DNA of 63,105 nucleotides, the filler included, from Collodictyon triciliatum (lineage: Eukaryota): NCBI GenBank assembly GCA_043381765.1. It is 7 parts of 7 records of this genome, joined end to end, with 100 filler letters (N's around TTAATTAATTAA, not from the genome) between each part and the next. Parts side by side here need not be neighbours in the genome. Positions count along the whole stretch, not along the records: positions 1 to 11,168 come from JBHJMP010002466.1; positions 11,269 to 22,430 come from JBHJMP010002469.1; 5 more parts are not named here. One strand, 5' to 3'. Position 1 is the stretch's first letter; each line of letters begins with the position of its first letter. Made by a program: the position numbers and the translations under genes. Of this stretch, positions 1 through 13,039 are shown in pieces. The notes beneath the pieces are model-generated. The model searched no databases. It had not been told where the DNA came from and worked only from the letters and a program-made list of their open reading frames with translations.

Positions 1-97
1 ATGTATGTATGTATGTATGTATGTATGTATGTATGTATGTATGTATGTATGTATGTATGTATGTATGTATGTATGTATGTATGTATGTATGTATGTA
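1..97. repeat. (ATGT)n microsatellite at contig start
   Basis: Perfect tetranucleotide array; source of the spurious MYVC ORF. Confidence 0.98.
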
Positions 98-205
98 TAA
101 AATGAATAGGAACAAAAACATAATTCGAGACGATTTGACTAGTATAAGCACAATCGTCGATCAGTTATATTATTATGATAATTGGATCTACACATAGGAA
201 TTCTC

Positions 206-3200
206 ATGGGAATTAAAAAAACAACATTTGTCTTCATCAGTGAGTTTTAAATTATCGATTAATTTCTCATCTATACATTTAATTAAAAAAGTTTTTTTAT
301 CTACCCAAATAGTCTCGCTTGTCGTGACCATCTATTTTGGTGGGGCGAGAGGAGACGATTTAGAAAGTACACTGATTATCAGTGGAGGCAGTGCAAGAAT
401 CTTGGGCGTCGCGGTCTCAAAAGATGGAACCAAGTTCGCCTCGGTTGGTGAAGACCAGACTGTCAAAGTCTGGAGTACTGCCCAAGGTTTACTTTTAAGC
501 TCCTTTTCTGGGCATTCAAAAAAAGTCTTTAGTGTTTGCTTCTCGCCAGATGGCTTTAAACTGATTTCAGGAAGCGAAGATGGGACCATTAAAACATGGG
601 ATTTAGTCACTTCAAAGTTTTTTGCCTCTATGACAGGCCACACTGGGGATGTTCTAACTGTCGCAGTGAGCCCTGATGGGACCAAAATTATATCAGGAGG
701 TTCTGATACAACTATCAAAGTATGGGATTTAGTCGACAGAATCTTCATCCGAACGTTAATTAGTCATACTTCCGCAGTGAACTCAGTGGCAGTTACACCA
801 AATGGGTTAAATATAGTTTCGGGAAGTTCTGATAACAAAGTCAAATTATGGAATATATCAGATGGAAAATTAATGATAACATATAATGGTCATTCTTCGA
901 AAGTGAATTCTGTTGTGATTACCCCAAATGGTCAGAATGTTATATCTGGGGGAGATGACTTGACGATAAGAATATGGGACCTGTTATCAGGAAATCAATT
1001 GAAGATAATCACGCAAACTGGGGCGATTAAGACGGTCTCAGTATCCTCAGATGGAGAAATGATTGCCTCTGGAGGTTCTACCAGATCCATTTCATATTGG
1101 AAATTTTCAGACGGGTCTTTTTTACAGAGACGGTCAGGACACACAGCGACAATTACATGTGTGACTTTTTTCCCCACCGGATATAGTTTGGTTTCTGGAT
1201 CTATGGACACAACCATTAAGGTCTGGGAATATAGCAGCAACACACCGGTGCTGAACGTCCTAAATCCTGTTGGCGGAGCTTCTTCAATAGCAGTTAGTTC
1301 TGATGGTTTGATTCTTATCTCTGGAGGGAGTGATCAAGTCGTAAAAATGTGGAATATATCTGATAATTCAATTTTGCGAACTTTCACTGGACACACAAAT
1401 ACTGTGAATTCTGTCTGCTTCAACTCAAACTCGTCTACAATAGTATCAGGAAGTGAAGATAGAACAATTAAAATCTGGAGCGTTTCGGATGAATCTTTAA
1501 GGATTACTTTGACAGGCCACTCTGGTGGTGTGAGAGCTGTAGCTGTTTCTCGAGATGGTTCATTTGTCGCGTCAGGAAGTTCTGACAATACCACAAAATT
1601 ATGGGATATGTCCAACGGAAAATTACTGCGAACATTTATGGGCCATGCATCTGGTGTAAATTCAGTCGCTTTAAATTTCGACTCTTCCAAAATAATATCA
1701 GGAAGTGATGACAATACCATAAAAATATGGAATACCAATGATGCGTCTTTGAATGTGACTATCCAGGCTCATGATAATGGGGTCAAAAGCGTTTCTATCT
1801 CATTAGATGAATCTATGATCGTTTCAGGAGGCGGGGACAAAGCCATCAGAATGTGGAAATACCCTGAAGGAGCCCTTATAGTCACACTTGGAGGCCATAA
1901 AGGTGTCGTTAATAGCATTCATATTTCGGGTGATGGGTCGAAGCTTATTTCTGGGAGCAGTGACGGAGCCATTAATTTATGGAGCACACAAAAAAAAAGG
2001 CTAATAAATACTTTGTCGGGGCATGGCCAAACAGTCAACAGTGTCTCATTTATTAATGGCACCAGTAAATTTGCAACTGGAAGCAGTGACTTTACCATAA
2101 AGATATGGAGATATCCTTCCTCGACCCTGATGATGACTATCCCTGGAGACAATTCAGGATTTACAAGCATCGCTATCGCACCAGAATTATATTATGTCGT
2201 TTCAGGAGATTACAGAGGTTATATAAGTGTATGGGATCTATCAAATGGTGAGCTAATTAGAACTATAAATGCACACAGGATTGATAATACTATTATTATT
2301 GCGAGGCATTTGACATTGACCAGAGATTCCAAAAAAATCATATCTGGCGGTTCTGACCAATTAATTAAGATTATAGACTTGGCAACTGGGAATATATTGC
2401 TCTCATTAAGAGGGCACACAAGTACAGTTCTTGTGACGGCAGTTACTCCAGATAGCGCTAAAGTTATTTCAGGGGGTCAAGATTCAACTATTAGAGTTTG
2501 GGATGCGATAAACGGAATTTTAATACATACCATCAGCGAAATGCCATTTTGGATTTACAGCATCTCAGTTACACCGATGGGAACAGAATTCATTACAGGG
2601 AGCGATGAAAGTATTTTGAAATTGTGGAACATATACGATGCGTCTTTAGTTAGGATTTTCACAGGCCAAAATGGAAAAGGTATGGCTACTGCAATAAGTC
2701 CATGTGGAGAATATGTTCTCTCTGGTAATAACCTAGGCTCAATCACCCTTTGGAATATAACATCTGCTGTAAAGCTGATGGAATTTTATGAACATATTTA
2801 CTCTGTGAGTAGTATTTCAATTACACATAATGGGACACGATTCATATCAGGCAGCATAGATCGATCAATTAAAACATGGGATTTTAAAAATAGTACTTCC
2901 ATTAAAACACTTACTGGACATTCAGGTGCAGTGAATAGTGTTTCATCAATTATTGGAGGAACTTTAATTGCCTCTGGAAGTGATGATAATACCATTAAAA
3001 TATGGGACGTTGGGATACTCTGCGAGATAGGATATTTTTACGACACGATGAAAAATTCGTGCAGCCGTTGTCCTCCTGGTAGATATGCAAACTCGAAAGA
3101 CCAATATAGCTGTTCTCTGTGCCCAAAAGGTACATATAATCCACAGAATACATCAATCAGCATAAATAGTTGCCTAGAATGTGATCCAGGATACTATAAT

Positions 3201-6200
3201 CCTGAAGAAGGGCAAGCGATTTGCATTAAGTGTAAGAGTGGAACATACAATAATCTTTTTGGACAGATACAATGTTTAGAATGCGATGAAGGATATTATA
3301 GCAATACTGGTGACCAATACTGTACAGGTTGTCCAGTTGGAACTAAAAATCCTAATAAAAAAGGAGCAACAATTACGTCATGCTCGAAGTGCTCAAAAGG
3401 TAGCTATAACAGTAGAATAGCAAGCGATAGTTGTCATGATTGTCCACGTGGATTTTACTCTGATTCAATGGGGAGTGAATTTTGCTCTTCCTGTCAGCAG
3501 GGTTCTTTTGCTAACAGAACAGGAATGTATTATTGCATATTATGTCCTATTGGGACCTATAGCGACAATATAGGGGCGAGTAATTTTACTGAATGTCTTG
3601 ATTGCCCAGAGGGCCAATTTTCATCAGAACCAGGAATGGCTTCTTGCTTAATGTGCACTCCTGGAAAATACAATGATGAGAAAAGAAGAATTTCCTGCAA
3701 AAAGTGTATGGACGGAACTTATAATCCTAATTATGGATCCAAAAACAGTTCTGATTGTATTAAATGTCCCAAAGGAACATACGGCATACCGTCTAACACG
3801 GATTGTAACTTCTGCCCAGCCGGTACTTACAACAATATGACAGGCTCTTCGAGCATAGCAGATTGTATTAAATGCTCAAACGGAAGCTTCAGCGCTGAAA
3901 GAAGCTCATCATGCATCGAGTGCTCACCTGGATTCTATCAAGAGGTAAATGCTACCAAAGACCAAGACTCATGCTACGCGTGTCCAAAAGGGACATACAA
4001 TCTTAACTCCGGCTCATACGGAAGCGAGTCGTGCGTAAGCTGTCCAGAAGGGACTTACAATGACAAGAATGGACAGCCTTCGTGTGTGTCATGTCCAGCC
4101 GGTACTTACAACAATATGACGCGCTCATCAAGCGTATTATCTTGCATCAAATGCTCAAACGGAAGCTTCAGCACCGAGAGCAGCTCATCATGCATCGAGT
4201 GCTCACCTGGATTCTATCAAGAGGTTAATGCTACCAAAGACCAAGACTCATGCTACGCGTGTCCAAAAGGGACATACAATCTTAAATCCGGCTCATACGG
4301 AAGCGAGTCGTGCGTAAGCTGTCCAGAAGGGACTTACAATGACAAGAATGGACAGCCTTCGTGTGTGTCATGTCCAGCCGGTACATACAACAATATGACA
4401 GACTCATCAAGCATATCAGATTGTATCAAGTGTGCTATTGGTAGTTATAGCTCAGAGAGGAGCCCACTTTGCAATAAATGCCCGAATCGCTCTACCACTA
4501 AGAATGAAACTTCTTTATCAATACATGACTGTATTTGTTTAGATACATACATACTTTTCAATGGTGAATGTACTTGTAAACCTGGAAATTTTGAAGACGA
4601 TGGCAGATGTGAGGATTGTGTCAAAGGTACTTACAAAAATACATATGACACAAACTTCTGTATATCATGTGGAGATAAATTTACTACAAAAAATTTTGGT
4701 TCGGTGAATTCATCTAGCTGCATCTGTAAGGATGGATTTGATTTTATAAATTCTACTTGCGAATGCAAACCAGGGTGGTTTGAAAAAGAAAAAAACTGTT
4801 ATGAATGTCCTGCAAATTACTTTAAAGAATTTTATAATCAAACTGCATGCTTGCAATGTCCTTACAATTCAATAACAAATTCTACCGGCTCAACATCAAT
4901 ACACAATTGCACGTGTAATGGAAACACATATCTAGACTTGAAGAGTAAAATATGCAAAGTATGTCCGAATGGATTCATTTGTGATGGAAGTAGCAATCTA
5001 GCTGTCTCCCCAGGATATTGGAAAGTGAGCGACCGAGATGGGGTCATCAAAGCTGAAAAATGTCTCAATGAACGTGCTTGCAAAGGAGGAAACAACACTT
5101 GTGCGCAGGGTTATACAGGAGTTTTGTGCGGTGTTTGTCAAATCGGGTATGGTGAAGTTGGCTCTATGTGTGTGGAATGCCCTAAAACTGGAGCCAGTGG
5201 ATTTCTTGTATTTTTGAGCATTATTATTCCGATGACTTTCGCAATGTTCATGATAGAACAGTCTCGAAAGCCTAAAACAGGGCACATTCAAATACTTAAG
5301 ACTCTCGCCACCCACTTCCAGATACTCTCTTACATCGCGAATTTCGATGTTAATTGGGACTACACCATGATTTCGATATTGAAGATTCCTGCCTCCTTTT
5401 CCTTTTCTTTGTCGACAGACAGTTATCATTACCAATGCCAGTTCCAGATATCTATTTACGAAAAGGTTTTGTTGTCTATGTTAACACCAGCAATCCTGGC
5501 AGGCCTTATTATTTTAATTGTCGCAGTGAAGACTGCTTGGAAATTGATTAGCGAAGAAAAAGCTTTCCATGAACTAAGATTTTCAGAGCTTCGACAAGAG
5601 TTCGTCTACTCCGTCTTGGTCATGTTATTTTTTGTGCATCCAACCATCACAGCAAACGCTGCATCTATATTCCGCTGCCATGAAATTGGAGGGGAGCGCT
5701 ACGTGATGGAAAACTTAGAGATTAGCTGTGAAGATCCGACTTACATAAGTTATCGAAATGCCACGTTTTGCTTCATTATCATTTATAGTTTGATAGCCCC
5801 TATGCTGTTGTTAGGGAGGATTGTGTACAAAAGAAACTCTCTAAAGTATCCCAATTCAAATACATATATATTGCTGAGGTTTTTAGTGGAGGGATATACG
5901 GAAAAATGTAACTTTTGGGAAGTTATTCTCATGATGCAAAAGCTTTTGATTGTAATCGTGAGTGTCTTTTTTTCATCTTCCCTCCAGATTTACTTTGGGC
6001 TGTGGATTATGTTTGTGATGATTGCATCCACCATCTACTTCAAACCGTTCATATCGAGTACGCTCAAGAACGCCCAATTACAGTCTTTGATAGTTCTTTA
6101 CTTCACTCTCATGCTCAGCCTTCTTTTCCGATACAGCGACATTGCCCCACTGACAAAAAATATCCTTATCTTTTTGGTGGGATTAATCAACGCGCTAGTT

Positions 6201-6398
6201 TGCGCCTGGTTTTTGTCCATAGCCGGACCAGAGTTTATACGAATGATATTATCCAAAGCCTTTTCTTTTCTTGGTGCAGTGAGGAGGAAGATTCTATGGA
6301 ACCCAGTCTCTAATCGCATCAGAATCCGCTTGTCCCGCATAATCGAAGACAGGGAGATGCAGGAGATATCCGGGCAAGTGCAAATGGTGACTCTCTAA
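206..6398 (+). CDS. Receptor-like membrane protein: signal peptide + 21 WD40 repeats + Cys-rich (GCC2/GCC3/ephrin-receptor-like) repeats + ~9-TM C-terminal domain; exons 206-239, 313-6398
   Basis: ATG at 206; intron 240-312 (GTGAGT...TAG) joins in frame to the long ORF, giving MGIKKTTFVFIISLVVTIYFGGARG (signal-like). 21 GH...WD-type repeats to ~3010; CxxCPxGTY repeats ~3020-5190; hydrophobic helices with FWE-x5-QK and KPF motifs ~5190-6280. Confidence 0.9.
3815..4400 (+). repeat. Near-identical intragenic tandem duplication, 279-nt (93-aa) unit
   Basis: ccagccggtac(t/a)tacaacaatatgac recurs at ~3815, ~4094 and ~4373; protein block CIECSPGFYQEVNATKDQDSCYACPKGTYNL...CVSCPAGTYNNMT occurs twice almost verbatim. 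Confidence 0.92.
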
Positions 6399-6532
6399 CC
6401 TGTGTGAGCAAGAAGGCCCTACTTTTGTGCGTGGCGCGGCAGATGTTGCAGCCATTGGAATAAACTCTGACCAACAACAAGCATAGTTGAATCAGCTAAT
6501 CATCTCCACCCCATAGGAGAAAAGAACAAACA

Positions 6533-6534
<2 letters not shown>

Positions 6535-6615
<81 letters not shown>

Positions 6616-6690
6616 AAACAAACAAACAAACAAACAAACAAACAAACAAACAAACAAACAAACAAACAAACAAACAAACAAACAAACAAA
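6535..6690. repeat. poly(A) (~80 nt) followed by (CAAA)n
   Basis: Direct read of sequence. Confidence 0.97.
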
Positions 6691-6744
6691 GAAAAAAAAA
6701 AACAGGCCAACGTCAGCGATCGGTGACTCTCGGTCTGTCCCAAG

Positions 6745-9080
6745 ATGAGCAGCCCGTCGGCTCTACGCCCTTCAAGTCGGAGCAGAGGATCTCAGCGGAG
6801 AAGTCAGACAATCGACACTGCAACACAACAAGTGCAGATGACAGAGGCGCTCGATCGGATCAACCACCTCGAAGAAGTCAACCGTAGCCTCCTGCGCCGA
6901 ATCCTCGAGATGCGTTTGCAACCCGACTCACACCAACCAAATCCCCAACTTTCGCTCTCCACGTTGCCTGCGTCGAATATTAGTGTTCCGTCTGCCTTTC
7001 TATCGCGATCATTTCTCCCTTCCGCAAACCAAACTATGGACGATAGACCAGAACGCGATCATACACCGTCGTTGCACATGGACATTGCACCCAGCCGTGT
7101 CCCTGAGGATGAAAGTCGAGCTTCAGCATCGCAGAACCAGATACTGCAGGAAAGTCTTCGCACACTGCAGCACAAATACGAGCTTGAGGTTGCTGCTCGT
7201 AAATCTTTGGAAGAGTTTCGAAACAGAGTCGCGTCGCAGAAGGACGTGTATGGATTGCGAGGATTTGGAGTGGAGAGCCCATCAGTACAATCACGCCTTT
7301 CATCTCGAGACAGTTATGGGCATTACAGAAGTACCGATGCAGACTCAAGAATCTGCTTTCTCGAGGCACAGTTACGGGAGGAAACTGAATTAAACCAGAG
7401 TTTAAAACGGGAGAATCAGCAGCTTAAGGCCGAAAACGGTAGACTTCAATCTGAAAATAGAATTTTGCTGACCGAAAAAGAACCGCATTCCTATAATACT
7501 TGGAGTTTTGAAGGAACTGGAGGCTCCCACATAGACCAACTTAACTCGAGAGTTGCTGCATCCTACCAATCAAATATCCAAAGTCAGCTTGGAATAGCAG
7601 CAAAGATAGAGGTTCGTTCTTTTTCTTTTTAATAATATTTTTCATAAAAATCTTATGAGTCTGGTACAAAACCCTTTTTCAAAACATGTTTGGTATCCCA
7701 TATGATCCGTAAAATGTAAATGCATCTCCAATAAAAAAAAAAAGGATGAAATATTGAAAATATATTTCATGATTTAGAGACTAGAGAAAGAAAATGAGCA
7801 CCTCAAAGTGAAATTAGAGGAAACAGAGTCATCTTTGGTTGAAGCATCATCCACAAGAGACTGCTTATCTGTCGAAATTCGTATACTTACATCAAGAATA
7901 TCTGAACAGAAGCAGGCCATAGAGGAGCTTAAACTATCAAACCAGGATTTTCAACGAACCCTACAAATAAATGAAATACAACACGTTCAAGAAGTGGCTT
8001 ACCTACAAAATATATGTCAGTCACTACAGGAGGATGTATATTCGCTTACGAAAAAATCCGATGACGACCTCCAAACTATAGAAGACCAGCTGATACAATT
8101 GAATGGTACCCAGCAAATGCGAACAGAATTGTCACACACAAGAAGAGATAAGAAGAAAATGGAAGAGGAATTGAATGTACTGAAAATTAGGTTGGAGGAA
8201 GAGGTCAAGCAACGTTCACTCCTCAAGGTTCGTTTGACAGAGTCTGATGCGAAATGCCAATCACAATCAAGTCACTTTGAGAAGGAGATTGAAAAATACC
8301 AACAGGAAATAGCCAAAGAGAGGGCCAAGCGAAATGTAATGGAACAAGCGAAAATGACAGCACAAAATCAGCAAATCGAAAGTATCTCATCCATGAAGAA
8401 AAGCCTGGATGAAAAGGTGCATGCAAATCATCAATTAATGGAAAAGTTAGATAATCTCCAGAACGAATTAGAAAAGGAGTCTAATAAGAATAAGGAATTG
8501 ACACAAATTATCGAAAAGTACAGAAAGGGTTACAGTTCTGAGATTGATGCCCTTGAGTCAAAAAACCAGTCCTTGCAAGATTCCATGTCATACTTTGAAG
8601 AAAGACACGAAGCAGATAACAGGGAATGCTCGCGTCTACAATCTGCGTTGGCATCTTGTGAGGGGAGACTACACATGATGCAATCTGAGAATGAATCTAG
8701 AATTAATGAGCTTTTGCAAAAGTTGAGTGAGTACGATGCATATGCAAATGATTTACAAGCACAAGAAGCAGGATTCATCGAGGAAATCGAGAGCCTCAAA
8801 TCTCGACTCATAGAGTTGGAAGACAGTCCTGTGTGGGCTGAAGAAAAGGATGAGCTATTGAAAGAAAATCAATCTGCCCTCGAGTGCATAACATTATTAA
8901 AAAATGAGGTAAGTTAATAATAATACATTTTCATTCAAATAATAGAACTTTGCAAAGACAGAATGTACTCTTTTTCTTTTTCTTTTTCTTTCTCTTTTTC
9001 TTTCTCTTTCTCTTTCTCTTTCTCTTTCTCTTTCTCTTTCTCTTTCTCTTTCTCTTTCTCTTTCTCTTTCTCTTTCTCTT

Positions 9081-9137
<57 letters not shown>

Positions 9138-11020
9138 TTCTCTTTCTCTTTTTCTCTCTTTCTTTTTCTTTTTCTTTTTCTTTTTCTTTTTCTTTTTATT
9201 TTTATTTTCTCCTACATATCTTCTTTTATCTCTTTCTCTTCTTTTTTTAGTTGTTATTTTTCTTCTTTTCTTCTATTTAATTTCTCTCTTTTTTTTAAAA
9301 AACAACAAACTAACTAAAACCCTATGTTAATCTGTAGAACGATTCAATCAAGCAGAACGATGCTCGCATTTCGAAAGAACTCACTAGTCTCCAAGTGAAT
9401 TTGGGAAATGCTCTTGAAGAACTCAGGATACAAAAGGATCTTCACGAAAAAAAGAACAAAGAATATGAAGCAGTTATCAAAGAAAAAACAAAAAATATCG
9501 ATGATATTAGTATGGAGTTCAACTCAGTGAAGCAGAATATATCCAAGCTACAGGAAAAGTTGAATGGTGCCGAGAAATCACTGAGCGCTGGTAAGAGGGA
9601 AAAATTAATTCTTATGGCTAATGTACAGGATAAAGATGCACAAGTGGAAAAATTAAATCGTGAAGTTATGACGCTCCGAAAAGATTTAGAATCAAAGATA
9701 TCATCGGAAGTCAGAGCCAAAGATATAGAGGAAAAATATAACCAAGCTTCTAAGCTGTTAGTGGAGAAAGAAAAGGATCTAGCCACAATCCAACATCAGT
9801 CTGATGCCATAAAATCAAGGCTTGATGAAAATGACAAGATAACAGCTACATTAAACGCTGAGATAAAGAGGCTAAGCGATGCTCTAGAGAAGGAGAAAGA
9901 TGGGTCGAAATCGTCCACAACTAAGCTAGAAAATGAAGCTGTATCACTAAAAAAAACCATAGAAAGTTTACGAGAAACAATTGAGAGACAAAAGAAGGAT
10001 TCAGAACTCGAACGGCAGACACTCGCTATGCAGAAAGAGACTGAAAGCTCAAAATTACATCAGTCGTTATCTGAAGCACAGAAAGAATTGCAGTCTATTA
10101 AAGATGAGCTCCAGAGAGCCAAGAATGAGTCTGCTGCTGAAAACAAGAGGCTAGTGGAAGAAAACGACAAGATTAAAAAAAAGGAATCTGAATTGCTCAG
10201 AGATATTGACTCTGTCAAAAAAGAACTCGATGTTTCGAAAAAAAACTATGGCGATGCCACAATTAAATTGAGCAACCTAGAATCAGAGTCAAAAAGAAAA
10301 CAGGATGCTTTAAGTTCCGAGAACTCAGAACTAAAAAAGAAAATTGATGCTGAAAAGCAAAGAATGCAAAATTTGGAGAAAACATCGAGTGAGACACAGA
10401 CAAAACTCAGCCAAGAGCTGGCATCTCTGAGGGAAAAAATCATGGAAGAGGAGGCCCACAAACAATTAGAGAATACTGCAAAAATATCAACCGAAGAGCT
10501 AATGTCCAAACAAAAGCAGATAGAAAAATTGGAGGAGTTATTGCGGCAGAGAGATAAAGAACTAGATTCTATGTATGAGAAAATTATGATTCAAAATGCG
10601 AATATCCGAGAAAGAGAAATTACAAATGGTAAGCTTAAGGATAGCATATTCAAATTGGAAGACGAAATGGCCTGTTTATTACAATCCTATCAGGATTCAG
10701 TTCAAAACATCTCTGGCGATGAGGCCTCTCAATCAGATATGGCTAGCAAAGAATCGGAAAATTCTACGATGGGGCCGAAACAGGATGGACAAGTAATCGA
10801 AGTTTTCCTGGAAGAGGAGGATGATACACATTCATTTACGCAAAAATCTTCGCTCACTTCTGTTGTTTCGAGGTTTAACTTCCGCCAGTCAGGTGTCTTC
10901 GGGATTGAAGACGAGGATGTGGAAACAGATGGGGAATATGCTGTGTCTGCCGAATATTCTGTAGATGACGGAGCCTCCCATGAAGGAACTCAGCGCCCGA
11001 GTATGTATGAAAACATATAG
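6745..11020 (+). CDS. Long coiled-coil protein; exons 6745-7611, 7778-8908, 9338-11020
   Basis: Three ORFs join in frame through introns 7612-7777 (GTTCGT..TAG) and 8909-9337 (GTAAGT..TAG, CTAAC branch-like site ~9310). E/K/Q/L-rich heptads and acidic C-terminal tail; no catalytic motif recognised. Confidence 0.82.
8968..9200. repeat. (TTTCTC)n/(TTTTTC)n pyrimidine tract inside intron
   Basis: Direct read of sequence. Confidence 0.95.
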
Positions 11021-11168
11021 CAAGTACATATCTCACCGCATCTGATGATGAAAATAGCATTTTGTAACACGCCTGGAAAATATCATGAGCCTGAATTCCT
11101 CCTCCTCCTCCTCCTCCTCAACTCATTTCCAAACAAACTAACAAACACACAAACACACAAACAAACAA

Positions 11169-11268
11169 NNNNNNNNNNNNNNNNNNNNNNNNNNNNNNNN
11201 NNNNNNNNNNNNTTAATTAATTAANNNNNNNNNNNNNNNNNNNNNNNNNNNNNNNNNNNNNNNNNNNN
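11169..11268. other. Artificial contig linker N44-TTAATTAATTAA-N44
   Basis: 100-nt spacer with stops in all six frames, repeated identically six times in the window. Confidence 0.97.
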
Positions 11269-11289
11269 ATACACACATATATGAACATT

Positions 11290-12990
11290 ACAAAGTCTGG
11301 TCAACAGCGAAAATACTTTCGTCTTCGCCGTTATGGTGTGGTCTTTGGTCTGCAGAGACAGGAAGGAAATGAAGGGAAAGAATGGGAAAGTCCACCTTGT
11401 GGTTTGAAAGAAGAATATTCCTCTGCAGGAATTGATTATGCCATTTGTTTCCAGGGAGGAACGCTCGATATCACAACAGGCCCAGAGTCCGCTTGGTCAT
11501 CCATTTCTTTGGAAAGCCCGGCTGAAAACCATGCATGTAAGTTCAATCCACGGAGACAGCGACCTCCATGACCGTTGCTGGGTCTAGCTCGTAGAATCTG
11601 AGCTATATGCGCATAATGAAATTCCTTCATTATGAATTCTCCATACCAACTACTTGAATATTGACAAAATTGTAGTCTATAGCATGATTGTGGTTAAGTT
11701 GATTGATATTTCCTCCAGCGAGAGAAGTATGAAGCATAAAAGAGGTTATGATTGGGGATTGAAAGAGGATTATTATTATTATTAATCAAGTCTGAAACAA
11801 GCATAACAGAACAAACAGAAAAACTCAGTGTATATATGAAACCTTTCCGTCTGCTGAACTCACCACATATTCCTCATGGTCTGCGTAAATAGCCAAGGAC
11901 AACAACGGCGATGTGGACATAATATCACTTTGGTAAACAAGCTGTTTTTTGAAGGAAATTCCATACTTTGAAGCTTCTATCTTCGCTGTAGGTCACTAGA
12001 AACTCGTCCTTTTTGCCGCCAAACACAACACATGTGATTATTCGTTCATGACCTTCGAGAAGGATAACATGCTTGTTTGTCTAAAAATATGAATCAGATT
12101 GATTTGTAGCTAGATATAGACAGGTAAAGACTTTTCACTCCCTGAGTTTTTAATTAAGAAATATATAGCAAGGAATTCAATACCAATGAAAAGAATATTC
12201 TGACGGATAAATAAATCAATTTTTTTTAAAAAAAAATAAATACAAGGTCTAGCGAAAGTTGAAAGATGTCAAACGTATTATCAGCGGCCAGTCCGACGAA
12301 GGTTCCGGTTGGGTCGCATGTTATGAAGGATGCATCACCACAATCCCGTGAAATGGGATGCGATTTTGTATCAACTTTGTAAACGATAAAAACAATACCA
12401 ATGGTAATGATAGAAAAGAAATCAAAATTTTGGATGATACTGTATTTTCTATGAAAAAAACTCTAAATGAACATAAGAAAATGGGAAAATGTTCATAACA
12501 TAACACAATATAACTAAGCATAACAAACGTGCGTCTGGGGTTCGGAGTATATCACGAAACAGCATTACGTCCTTTGAAATGGTACACATTTGAAACGACT
12601 AAGTATAATCAAAAAAAGAAAACTTCTATGAATAAACGTTTGAATTAGATACTTAATCATATATTGTAGATCATTTGATATTTATTGGTTTATATGTTTT
12701 TGATATTGCCTGACGGGATTATCGATTCCCGAATCCAAAAAATCTAGAGCCAAATTGAAGCATAATTCTCGGCTGGGCGTTGATGCGCAGTTAATAAAGT
12801 GACAGGCTAGGATTGCATGCGTATGAGCAATTCGGTGTTAATCACAACAACAGTATGAAACTTCTTAAAATTGTATTTTATTGACGAGATTGATCGACAT
12901 GCAGAGGGGAAAGCATAAATATGAATAATTTCATGTAATTCAGATATCAATGCAGAAGCGTAATTAAGCTGGTTAGAAAGACAAACGGAC
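11290..12990 (-). pseudogene. WDR27: WDR27-like WD-repeat gene, intron-containing, with frameshifts and a stop
   Basis: Exons translate to LEGHERIITCVVFGG...TYSEDRSFKVWN / LVYQSDIMSTSPLLSLAI...SSADGK|LRFYEL...PVVISSVPPWK...DFPILSLHF, resembling WDR27 as recalled. Frame breaks at the T6 run 11945-11950, at ~11581 and at TAA 11436-11438. 5' end unresolved. Confidence 0.6.
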
Positions 12991-13039
12991 TGCAAAAAAA
13001 AAAAAATAGTTATGAGATGATGACGAACAAATAATAAAA

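Noticed and set aside
228-312. TTG start and MSSSVSFKL N-terminus from the ORF track
   Set aside because: Mostly intron 240-312; the ATG at 206 gives a signal peptide in frame.
332-2995. Several antisense ORFs over the WD40 region
   Set aside because: Shadows of the repetitive sense coding frame; no independent motifs.
6492-9330. Poly-F, FVCL and FSFS ORFs (also at 13195-13550, 32372-32741, 41613-41946, 44774-44999)
   Set aside because: Translations of microsatellites.
11213-11224. TTAATTAATTAA as a biological palindrome or piggyBac TTAA site
   Set aside because: Always centred in exactly 44+44 Ns; an artificial six-frame stop linker.
11942-11966. 25-nt GT..AG mini-intron that would repair the WDR27 frameshift
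   Set aside because: It would delete the conserved VW of the WD repeat, and it is far shorter than other introns here (about 65 nt or more).
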